Shown here one piece after another: positions 10,078 to 18,496 of a stretch of 64,000 nucleotides of DNA. Within the stretch, counting starts at the first letter, position 1, and each line of letters starts with the position of its first letter. The notes below the pieces were generated by a model, which was not told the DNA's origin, searched no databases, and was given only the letters and a program-made list of their open reading frames with translations. Source of the stretch: an uncultured Acidobacteriota bacterium (GTDB taxonomy: Bacteria; Acidobacteriota; Terriglobia; Terriglobales; Acidobacteriaceae); assembly GCA_963754885.1 (NCBI GenBank), contig CAVWHT010000041.1, forward strand, positions 24,441-88,440, read 5' to 3'. The translations under genes and the position numbers were made by a program.

Positions 10078-11421
10078 CTAGCGGCCGTCGTCTTCTCCCT
10101 CGTTGCCGATGGAGTGCTTCAGCCATGGAGTGGAACGAATGTCGGAACCGCTGGCCATGGTGCATCCAGAGCCGCCGGGCCCGGCAGCGCATCCCCAATA
10201 ATTTTCGGTAGCGTCGATGCTGCCGGTGCAGATCTTCGCGGCATCGAAGGCACAAACGTCGGCTATCCCTACCTTGCCGCCCCTGAGGTCATTGAGATGG
10301 ATGTCAACTTCGGTCGGGGAGTTAATGGCGATGTCCACATCTTCGTCGCGGATTACGTTCTCGGCAATAATGGTTCCGTAAACGGGCGAGCCGCCATCGC
10401 CGCTGTTGATGTTGATTCCTACCGGGCCGGGAGTAGCCGTGTCGGCTTGGTCCGCGAGATTACCGGCAATGAAGTTGCCGATGATCTTGTTCCCGGACAT
10501 GTTGTCTGCAGGAAGGCCAAAGGCAGGGCCGACATGGGTGTGGAGAGCGACGCCTCCCAATCCATTGTTGGTCAGCGTGTTCCGGACGATTACATTGTCT
10601 GAGACCCGGCCTTGGCCGGCGCCATCGGAAAACATCCCCACGCCCGAGCCTCCAACCGCAACGCCGTTGTCGGTGGAGATGTTCTCGGCCACGGTATTGT
10701 GGTCCACCCCGTTATGGGGAGGAAGGGTTGAGGTCTGGCCTGCGGGCGGATGGGAGGCGAGGACGATGCCGCACTCTTTGGGATTGTCCTTGATGACGTT
10801 CTGGATGACCACATTGTTGCGGCTCTCGCCGGTTTCATCGCTGATCAGGATGCCGTCGGCATTGCCCGTCATGATATTGCCGGACACGAGCGCGTTCACC
10901 GTTCCGACCAGGTGAAGGGCGCCGCCACAGTCATCGGTTTCGTACGTTCCGCTGCCGGGTTGATTCGGGCAACCGGTGAGGGCTCCCGTGAACATCGCAC
11001 CGGGGACGGTGTCGTTGTTCACAATTTTATTGTCGCGGATTACGACATCGTAGGCGCTGACGACCAGAACTCCCTCATATAAGGCGTTCTGCACCCTGAA
11101 GCCGGCAATGGTCACATTGCGAAGGCCGGCGTTGTCGTAGCCGTCGACGAAGATGCCGTGAGCGAGGCTGGTGGCGTCGATGACCGACCCTTTGCTACCT
11201 GAGCCGATCAGTGAAAGCGGCTTGCCGACGACAACTTCCTCTTTGTAGACGCCGGGCGCAACGTCGATGACGTTGTTGGCTGATGCGGCGTTCACCGCGG
11301 CTTGAATCGTTGAGTAGCAGACGGTGGAAGCCCCGGGCGTCACGCAAAGGGTCTTGGCTGTGGCAGTCTCAGAGAATGCCACGAGCAGGACGGTGCACAG
11401 CAGATGCCCAGGCGCGAGCAA
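10078..11421 (-). CDS. Secreted right-handed parallel beta-helix repeat protein (pectate-lyase/NosD-like); start unresolved
   Basis: Repeated ...N.I..N... beta-helix turns (VIRDNKIVNND, VSGNIMTGNADGI, VIQNVIKDNP, VAENISTDNG, IVRNTLTNNG, IIGNFIAGN). Signal-like LLAPGHLLCTVLLVAFSETATA. The only good RBS+ATG (11438) is out of frame (see findings). TTG 11421 is the first in-frame start after it; the track ORF runs to 11655. Confidence 0.75.
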   Translation of the reverse strand: MLAPGHLLCTVLLVAFSETATAKTLCVTPGASTVCYSTIQAAVNAASANNVIDVAPGVYKEEVVVGKPLSLIGSGSKGSVIDATSLAHGIFVDGYDNAGLRNVTIAGFRVQNALYEGVLVVSAYDVVIRDNKIVNNDTVPGAMFTGALTGCPNQPGSGTYETDDCGGALHLVGTVNALVSGNIMTGNADGILISDETGESRNNVVIQNVIKDNPKECGIVLASHPPAGQTSTLPPHNGVDHNTVAENISTDNGVAVGGSGVGMFSDGAGQGRVSDNVIVRNTLTNNGLGGVALHTHVGPAFGLPADNMSGNKIIGNFIAGNLADQADTATPGPVGININSGDGGSPVYGTIIAENVIRDEDVDIAINSPTEVDIHLNDLRGGKVGIADVCAFDAAKICTGSIDATENYWGCAAGPGGSGCTMASGSDIRSTPWLKHSIGNEGEDDGR

Positions 11422-11681
11422 AATTGAACTGGGTGCATGAAGTGTTCTCCTTGTCTCGGTGATATGCGGCCAACACTTTGAGCGTACAAAGCCAGGACAA
11501 AGGATTGAGATTGCGGACGAGGAGACGAAACCGCTGGGCCCAAAACTTGCGGCAAGATTATCCTCACGAATTCTGGCACTGTCAATCTGCAAATTGTTGC
11601 ACTCGGGGTTTGGGGCGAAAAGCAGGGCTGACAGGCAATTTTCTCGGAGGGACATTTATGATGATCTATGGGAGCTGACTT

Positions 11682-12372
11682 ATGACTGGAAAGACTGCCC
11701 TTGTTACCGGAGCCAACGGCGGACTGGGAACGCACGTTACGAAAGCTTTGCTCGACGCCGGTTTCGCGGTAGTTGGCCTCGCACCGAAAATTCAGCAATC
11801 CGACTTTGACCACCCGAACTTCACTGCGCTTCCCGCCTCGCTCGATAGTCTCGACGCGGCGAAAAAGGCAGTGGAAACAGTCATCGCGCGCTGCAGCAAG
11901 ATCGACGTGCTGGCGCACCTGGTTGGCGGATTTGCGGGAGGGCAAACTGTTGCCGAGACCGACGACGCCACCTTCCAGCGCATGTTCGACATGAACGTCA
12001 ACAGCGCGTTTTACATCTTGCGGGCGGTTCTGCCGCAGATGCGCAGGGCCGGTGGCGGACGCATCGTCGCGATCGGCAGCCGCGCTGCCGAAGATCCCAG
12101 CCCGAAGGTCGGAGCCTACAGCGCGTCGAAAGCCGCGCTGGTGTCACTGATGCAAACAGTCGCGCGCGAAAATAAAGATGCCGGCATCACCGCCAACGTG
12201 ATTCTGCCCGGCACCATCGACACTCCCGACTAACCGCAGAGACATGCCCGGTGCCGAACTGTCGCAGTGGGTGCAGCCCGCTTCTATCGCCAGCATGATC
12301 GTGTGGCTTGCCGGAGATGCCGGAAAAGAGGTAACCGGCGCGGTGATCCGGGTGTACGGGCGAGGACTTTGA
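11682..12372 (+). CDS. SDR family oxidoreductase, interrupted by an apparent 1-nt frameshift at ~12231
   Basis: MTGKTALVTGANGGLGTHV (TGxxxGxG), YSASKAAL catalytic motif, ...ILPGTIDTPD then TAA. The family C-terminus NRRDMPGAELSQWVQPASIASMIVWLAGDAGKEVTGAVIRVYGRGL* continues in the +1 frame to 12372. Confidence 0.8.
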
Positions 12373-12605
12373 GGCAGCGCTCCGAAGAGTAGCGACATCC
12401 AAATATGTGTGGTCGCTCACGAAGCGGACCCGTGGGCGTCTGCAGCGGCTCGCCGCACGCCCGTTACATTGGTCCTTCGCTGCGCGCAGGATGACAAATC
12501 TGAGGGGGACGTAACCCTTTCGTAACCCTCTTGGGTGCACAATTTTTGTTGCACTTTAACATTCATGAAATATCTTCCGAGTAACATATTTTCAGGAGGC
12601 CGCTC

Positions 12606-13157
12606 ATGGGTTCAGCCCGGGTCGCGAAGTCCTTACCGTTGCAGGTGGCTGCCGTCTGCTACCGGCGGAAAGGCGCGACGGTCGAGTTCCTGCTGGTGAA
12701 TACCAACGGCGGCAACAAGTGGACGTTCCCCAAGGGATCGACGGACGCGCGGCTGTCGCACAGTCAGGCAGCGGAGCGTGAGGCGGCGGAAGAAGCCGGT
12801 GCCATCGGGACGATTGAGCCGCGGCACTTCCATCTCTATATCCATTCAAAGGGCGTGTTCTGGCAGCCCGGCGGCGTGCAGGAATTTGTGGTCAAGGCCT
12901 TCCTGATGGAGATTCACCAGATGCGCCGTCCCGACGAAGGGAATCGCCGTCCGACGTGGGTGAGCCCGGAAGAGGCCAAGCGCCACCTGGCCAAGCGCCG
13001 CGAAGTGAAATATTTCCGCGAACTCGAAGCGGTCATCGACCGCGCCCTAGAACGCATTCAGTTCCACAACGAACTCTGGGGAGCGTATCCCAGCGCCCGC
13101 AATGCTCGCCCCGTAGCATCGTCCAAAGATCCCATCGCCGAAGTCGTCTGGCCATAA
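12606..13157 (+). CDS. NUDIX hydrolase
   Basis: Nudix box GSTDARLSHSQAAEREAAEEAGA (GX5EX7REUXEEXGU pattern); RBS caggagg upstream. Confidence 0.85.
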   Translation: MGSARVAKSLPLQVAAVCYRRKGATVEFLLVNTNGGNKWTFPKGSTDARLSHSQAAEREAAEEAGAIGTIEPRHFHLYIHSKGVFWQPGGVQEFVVKAFLMEIHQMRRPDEGNRRPTWVSPEEAKRHLAKRREVKYFRELEAVIDRALERIQFHNELWGAYPSARNARPVASSKDPIAEVVWP

Positions 13158-13555
13158 GCCGCGGCTTCAGAGGCGTGCGTCTACCCTCAACGCCCGGGGT
13201 TTTGAGCGTAACTGATTTTTCACCAACTGACTTCGTTAAGCGCCTCGTCCGTATACATTCAGATTCCAATCATCTTCCCCAAAAGAGAGCGACCAAGTGT
13301 TCACGCCAAATTGCGAGGGAGATGAGGACAGCGCCTTTTGCGACCATGCCAATACTGATTGGAACTGTAAGCCAAAGGGGCCGCGCTTTTTATTGCGCCG
13401 ACTCGGTGCGACGAAGCAACCAAGCAATCCTCCCCGTAATCAACAAGACGGGACACATAAAAACGAACAATGGCAGAGCAGCTTCAGACCAACTCACGTC
13501 AGGCGCATCGCTTTACGATCCCCATAGCACACCTGCCAGGCATTACCATGTCCTC

Positions 13556-14774
13556 ATGCCCCCGAGTCTGAAAGCCGCTGAACTCCCGAAAATCAAAGTC
13601 TCCCCCCGTGGCGCCACTCGGCTCAAGTCCGGACACGTCTGGGTCTACCGCTCTGACATTCTCTCGGCTGACAGCGTCGCACCGGGCTCGCTTGTCACAG
13701 TCACCGATCAGCGCAGCAAGCCGCTCGGCACGGCTCTCTATTCCAGCTCTTCGCAGATCGCGATCCGCCTCGTCTCGCACGATCCAGTCCCGGATCTCGC
13801 TGCATTGCTCCGAACTCGCATCGCCGAGGCCGTCGCCTACCGCGAGAAAATCGTCCGCGACACCCACGCCTACCGCGTCATTTTCAGCGAAGCCGACTTC
13901 CTTCCCGGCCTCATCGTCGACCGCTATAACGACATTCTGTCCCTGCAGATTCTCACCCAGGCGATGGACGCCAACCTTGTCCGCGAAACGGTCATCTCTC
14001 AATTGACCCAACAATTGAATCCCGCATCCGTGATCGAGCGCGTCGATCCGCGCGTGCGGGAACTCGAAACCCTTCCAGCCCGCACCTCCGGCCTCCTGCG
14101 CGGAGAGAAGACCGCAACCACCTTCACCATGAATGGCGTGCAGTTCCATTACGACGCGCTCGAAGGCCAGAAGACCGGAGCCTTCCTCGACCAGCGCGAG
14201 AATTACGCGGCCGCCGCGCAGTACGCCAAGGGCGACGCGCTCGAACGTCTTCTGCTACCAGGGAGGCTTCGCGCTCCACCTCGCCCGCGTCTGCGAGCAG
14301 GTCACCGGCGTCGACAGTTCACGTCCCGCGCTCGAAGTCGCCGACCAGAATGCCGCGCTCAATCGGTCGCTGACGGAACGGGGGTTAAAGAAGAACGAAA
14401 TCGAATGGATCGAAGCCAACGCCTTCGATCTGCTGAAGGACTATGCCGCCTCCAACCGCCGCTACGACACGGTCGTGCTCGACCCGCCGGCATTCGCCAA
14501 ATCGAAACGCGACCTGGACGCCGCCCTCCGCGGCTATAAAGAACTCAACCTGCGCGCGCTGAAAATGCTGCGCCCCGGCGGGGTCCTGGTCACTTGCTCG
14601 TGCTCGTATCACGTGAACCAGGCCAGCTTCCTCGAAATGCTGTCGGGCGCAGCCCTCGACGCCCGCCGCAATCTGCGCCTGATCGAGGTTCGCGGCCAGT
14701 CCAAAGACCATCCCGTGCTGCTGAATGTGCCCGAAACCTCCTATCTGAAGTGCGTCATAGCCTCTGCAAGTTAA
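13556..14774 (+). CDS. rlmI: Class I SAM-dependent rRNA (cytosine-C5) methyltransferase, RlmI-like (PUA + MTase), interrupted by a 1-nt frameshift at ~14244
   Basis: MPPSLKAAELPKIKVSPRGATRLKSGHVWVYRSDI (PUA) ...GQKTGAFLDQRENY...GDAL in the frame of track ORF 12956..14539. VFCYQGGFALHLA...VVLDPPAFAKSK...LVTCSCS continues in the frame of track ORF 14133..14774. Confidence 0.85.
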
Positions 14775-14798
14775 TGAAAATAGTAATTTATTTATTAG

Positions 14799-14827
14799 TT
14801 GACAATACTACGCTAAGCTTTTATGCT
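14799..14827 (+). promoter_or_regulatory. Sigma70-like promoter of hsp20 (TTGACA-17-TATGCT)
   Basis: ttgaca 14799..14804, 17-nt spacer, tatgct 14822..14827, in an AT-rich stretch ~130 nt upstream of the hsp20 ATG. Confidence 0.45.
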
Positions 14828-14955
14828 TCTTTTACGCTAACTACGCGTCTAATTGAAGTGACCGCAGCCCAAGCAGAACGCCGGGGCCGGTTTCGAATTT
14901 CAAAAACTTTCAAACCGTTCGAACCAACACACAATTTCCGAAGGAGGATTTAGCC

Positions 14956-15453
14956 ATGACCGTATTAACCCGTTGGGAGCCGTTCCGTGAGTTTGCCACG
15001 CTGCAGGACCGCATCAACCGCGTATTCCGCGATTCCTACACCGCAGACCGGGATGAGTCCCTCACCACCTCGAGCTTTGCCCCCGCCGTTGACGTCTACG
15101 AAGACGAGCACAAAGTCACGTTGAAGATCGAAGTGCCCGGAATCGACGAGAAAGATATCGACGTCCGCGTGGAGAACAACACTCTCACCGTGCACGGCGA
15201 GCGCAAGATCGAAAAGGAAGAGAAAGAAGAGAACTATCGCCGTGTGGAGCGCCAGTACGGCAGCTTCACCCGCACCTTCACCCTGCCCACGACCGTGGAG
15301 ACCGAGAATGTTTCGGCGAACTACGACAAGGGCGTCCTGAAGATCAGCTTGCCCAAAAAGGCCGAAGCCAAGCCGAAGCAGATCAAAGTGCATGTCGGCA
15401 GCGAAAAGGGCGAAAAGACCCTCGAAGCCAAGGGCCCCAGCAAAGCCGCGTAA
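14956..15453 (+). CDS. Hsp20/alpha-crystallin family small heat-shock protein
   Basis: RBS aaggagg 14941..14947. Contains the alpha-crystallin domain ...PAVDVYEDEHKVTLKIEVPGIDEKDIDVRVENNTLTVHGERK...GVLKISLPK. Confidence 0.95.
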   Translation: MTVLTRWEPFREFATLQDRINRVFRDSYTADRDESLTTSSFAPAVDVYEDEHKVTLKIEVPGIDEKDIDVRVENNTLTVHGERKIEKEEKEENYRRVERQYGSFTRTFTLPTTVETENVSANYDKGVLKISLPKKAEAKPKQIKVHVGSEKGEKTLEAKGPSKAA

Positions 15454-15456
15454 AAG

Positions 15457-15482
15457 CAGTGGTCAGTGGCCAGTTGCCAGTG
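15457..15482 (+). repeat. One-armed tandem CAGTGG-word repeat
   Basis: cagtggtcagtggccagttgccagtg immediately after the hsp20 stop. Same word as the hairpins at 44417, 44931 and 49835. Confidence 0.7.
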
Positions 15483-15490
15483 AAACCCAT

Positions 15491-15534
15491 GTGGGGACAG
15501 CCGCCCCCGGCTGTCCGGTCGAGCCAAGCTCGAC
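15491..15534 (+). repeat. REP-like element, family TGTGGGGAC-palindrome-GTCCGG-CGAGC..GCTCG
   Basis: ggacagccg-cccc-cggctgtcc (15495..15516) plus gtcgagc-caa-gctcgac (15518..15534). Copies at 35566..35599, 37239..37283, 38989..39010, 40884..40922 and 54304..54348. Confidence 0.8.
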
Positions 15535-15634
15535 TCGATTTCCAGTCGATAGCGGCAATGATTGGGAAGGGCACGACTTAAAGTCGTGCCGCCAAAGGGC
15601 CCGTTATGACAGGGCTTTAGCCCTTGAGCTCCAA

Positions 15635-15670
15635 GGGAGGCGGCAGAGATGACCGCCTCCCAATTATTTT
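15635..15670 (+). terminator. Terminator-like hairpin in hsp20-clpB spacer
   Basis: gggaggcgg (15635..15643) / ccgcctccc (15653..15661), 9-bp stem, followed by aattatttt. Confidence 0.5.
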
Positions 15671-15756
15671 GTAATTGTGAAATTTGGTAATTTTGTAATT
15701 GTGAAACCGATGCGGCGGTAAGCGCCTCCAATTACTAAATTACAAAATTACTAAAT
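15668..15756 (+). repeat. Stuttered-word hairpin (GTAATT words)
   Basis: Left arm ttttgtaattgtgaaatttggtaattttgtaattg. Right arm caattactaaattacaaaattactaaat, ending 10 nt before the clpB ATG. Confidence 0.7.
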
Positions 15757-15766
15757 CGAGGTTCCC

Positions 15767-18409
15767 ATGCCCATCCGTTGGGACAAATTTACCGTCAAAG
15801 CGCAGGAAGCGGTCCAGCGCGCGAACGAGCTCGCCTCCGAGCACGGCAATCCTGAGTTGCAGCCTGCCCACCTGCTCGCAGCTCTGCTCGAAGATAAAGA
15901 AGGCATCGTTCCGCCCGTGCTCGAAAAAATCGGGATCGGCCCGCAGGCGGTTCTGAGCGAGGTCTATCGCGAGATCGAAAAACTTCCCAAGGTTTCAGGA
16001 CAGGCCGCGCAGGCCACGCTCTCCAATGAAGTCAACCAGCTTCTGGAGGATGCCTTCAAAGAGGCTTCCAATTTCAAGGACGAATACGTTTCCACCGAGC
16101 ACTTGCTGCTCGCCATTACGCACCTCAAGCGCGATGTCGCCCAGCAAATCCTGGCGCGTCACGGAGCGACTTACGACGCGATTCTGAAGGCGCTCACGGT
16201 CGTGCGTGGATCGCAGAAAGTCACCGATCAGAATCCCGAGGCCAAATATCAGGCGCTGGAGCGTTACGCTCGCGACCTGACCGAGCAGGCCCGCCGGGGC
16301 AAGCTCGATCCCGTGATTGGACGCGATGAAGAAATCCGCCGCGTCGTTCAGGTGCTCTCGCGGCGCACGAAGAATAATCCCGTGCTGATCGGGGAGCCCG
16401 GCGTCGGCAAGACCGCCATCGTCGAAGGTCTTGCACAACGCATCATTTCGGGCGACGTTCCTGAAGTTCTGAAGAACAAGCGCGTCGTTGCGCTCGATCT
16501 GGGAGCAATGCTCGCTGGCGCGAAATATCGCGGTGAATTCGAAGACCGCCTCAAAGCGGTTCTAAAGGAAATCGAAGACTCGCAGGGACAGGTCATCCTG
16601 TTCATCGACGAGCTGCACACGCTGGTCGGAGCCGGAGCGGCCGAAGGCGCCATTGACGCCTCCAATATGCTGAAGCCCGCGCTCGCTCGCGGAGAGCTGC
16701 GCGCGATCGGCGCCACCACGCTCAATGAATATCGCAAGTACATCGAAAAAGATGCCGCGCTGGAACGCCGCTTCCAGATCGTCTTTGTCGGCGAGCCGAA
16801 TGTTGAAGACACGATCGCCATTCTCCGCGGCCTGAAAGAAAAATACGAAGTGCATCATGGCGTGCGCATTAAAGACTCAGCGATCGTCGCCGCCGCAACG
16901 CTTTCGCACCGCTACATCTCTGACCGCTTTCTGCCCGACAAGGCCATCGACTTGATCGATGAAGCCGCTGCGTCGCTGCGCATCCAGATCGATTCTCTGC
17001 CAACGGATATCGACCAACTGGAGCGCCGCGCTACACAGCTCGAAATCGAAAAGTCGGCGTTGAAGAAAGAAGACGATCCGAACTCGAAGGAACGGCTAGG
17101 CGTGATCGAAAAAGAGCTTGCCGAGATTCGCGAGCGCTCCAACACGCTGAAGGCGAACTGGAAAAAAGAGAAAGATGCGATCGCCCGCATCCGCGCTCTG
17201 AAAGAGCAGATCGAAAAGCTGAAGGTCGAGGAGCAGGCGGAACTGCGCAAGGGCAACAACGAACGTGTCGCGGAAATCCGCTACGGAAAGATTCCGCAAG
17301 CCGAGCAGGAACTGGCCAAGCTGAGCAAACAGATGGAGAGCCAGAGCGGCAAGCGCATGCTCAAAGAAGAAGTCGACGAAGAGGACGTTGCGCGCATCGT
17401 CTCCAAGTGGACCGGCATTCCCGTCTCGAAGATGCTCGAAGGCGAAGTCAAGAAGCTGGTCACCATGGAAGAGCGCCTGCGCCAGCGCGTCATCGGCCAG
17501 GATCCTGCATTAGAGCGAGTGGCGAATGCAATCCGCCGTTCCCGCGCCGGGCTTAGTGATCCCAAACGTCCGATCGGTTCGTTCATCTTCCTCGGACCAA
17601 CCGGGGTCGGCAAAACCGAACTGGCCCGCGCCCTCGCCGAATTTCTATTCGACGACGAGCACGCCATGATCCGCATCGATATGTCTGAGTACATGGAGAA
17701 GCACTCCGTCGCCCGTCTGATCGGCGCTCCTCCGGGCTACGTCGGCTACGAAGAGGGTGGACAGCTTACCGAGCAAGTCCGGCGGCGCCCGTACGCCGTC
17801 GTGCTCTTTGACGAAATTGAGAAAGCGCATCCTGACGTCTTCAACGTCCTGTTGCAGATGATGGACGACGGCCGCCTGACCGACGGCAAAGGCCGCGTGG
17901 TCGACTTCAAGAACACGATCATCATCATGACGTCGAACATCGGTTCGCAACTCTTGCAGGCAGACAGCCTGAAATCCGATCGCGACTTCGACGAAGCGGC
18001 GCAGCAAGTGCAGAACCTGCTGCACACGCATTTCAAGCCGGAGTTTCTGAACCGCGTGGACGACATCATCGTTTTCCGTCCGCTGGGCAGAGAGCAACTG
18101 GTCAAGATCGTCGAACTGCGTCTGGAAGACGTTCGCCGGCTGCTGGCCGATCGCAAGATTTCGCTCGAACTGACGGACGCAGCCAAGGAACTGATGTTCA
18201 CGCAGGGCTACGATCCGAACTTCGGCGCTCGCCCGTTGAAACGCGCGATCCAGAAACTGATTCAGGACCCGCTGGCGCTGAAGATCCTCGACGGCGAAGT
18301 TCTGCATGGGGATCACGTTATCGTCGATGCCGACAAGAAAGCTGGCAAGATGACCTTCGCAGTCAGCAAGCGGGTGGGCGAGAAAGAACCGGCAAAGGCG
18401 AAACGCTAA
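15767..18409 (+). CDS. clpB: ATP-dependent chaperone ClpB
   Basis: 880 aa. Two AAA+ modules ([15 protein letters not shown]; [15 protein letters not shown]) with a coiled-coil middle domain. Confidence 0.97.
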   Translation: MPIRWDKFTVKAQEAVQRANELASEHGNPELQPAHLLAALLEDKEGIVPPVLEKIGIGPQAVLSEVYREIEKLPKVSGQAAQATLSNEVNQLLEDAFKEASNFKDEYVSTEHLLLAITHLKRDVAQQILARHGATYDAILKALTVVRGSQKVTDQNPEAKYQALERYARDLTEQARRGKLDPVIGRDEEIRRVVQVLSRRTKNNPVLIGEPGVGKTAIVEGLAQRIISGDVPEVLKNKRVVALDLGAMLAGAKYRGEFEDRLKAVLKEIEDSQGQVILFIDELHTLVGAGAAEGAIDASNMLKPALARGELRAIGATTLNEYRKYIEKDAALERRFQIVFVGEPNVEDTIAILRGLKEKYEVHHGVRIKDSAIVAAATLSHRYISDRFLPDKAIDLIDEAAASLRIQIDSLPTDIDQLERRATQLEIEKSALKKEDDPNSKERLGVIEKELAEIRERSNTLKANWKKEKDAIARIRALKEQIEKLKVEEQAELRKGNNERVAEIRYGKIPQAEQELAKLSKQMESQSGKRMLKEEVDEEDVARIVSKWTGIPVSKMLEGEVKKLVTMEERLRQRVIGQDPALERVANAIRRSRAGLSDPKRPIGSFIFLGPTGVGKTELARALAEFLFDDEHAMIRIDMSEYMEKHSVARLIGAPPGYVGYEEGGQLTEQVRRRPYAVVLFDEIEKAHPDVFNVLLQMMDDGRLTDGKGRVVDFKNTIIIMTSNIGSQLLQADSLKSDRDFDEAAQQVQNLLHTHFKPEFLNRVDDIIVFRPLGREQLVKIVELRLEDVRRLLADRKISLELTDAAKELMFTQGYDPNFGARPLKRAIQKLIQDPLALKILDGEVLHGDHVIVDADKKAGKMTFAVSKRVGEKEPAKAKR

Positions 18410-18481
18410 TCACCACGGAGGCGCAGAGACACGGAAGCTACATTTGATTGGATCTGCTCCGTGGCTCAGTGCCTCCGTGGT
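18410..18481. terminator. Long hairpin between convergent clpB and polA (CACGGA words), probable bidirectional terminator
   Basis: caccacggaggc (18410..18421) pairs perfectly with gcctccgtggtg (18470..18481). An inner cacggaagc / gctccgtg pairing also exists. Confidence 0.6.
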
Positions 18482-18496
18482 GAGAACGCGCTTCGT

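Noticed and set aside
13236-13427. 63-aa - strand ORF and a 22-codon ORF in the NUDIX/rlmI spacer
   Set aside because: No RBS, odd composition, nothing recognisable; left unannotated.
12956-13555. First 200 codons of the 527-aa track ORF (overlapping the NUDIX 3' end and a 400-nt spacer)
   Set aside because: P/R/S-rich read-through with no start context. The real rlmI-like gene begins at ATG 13556 (MPPSLKAAEL...).
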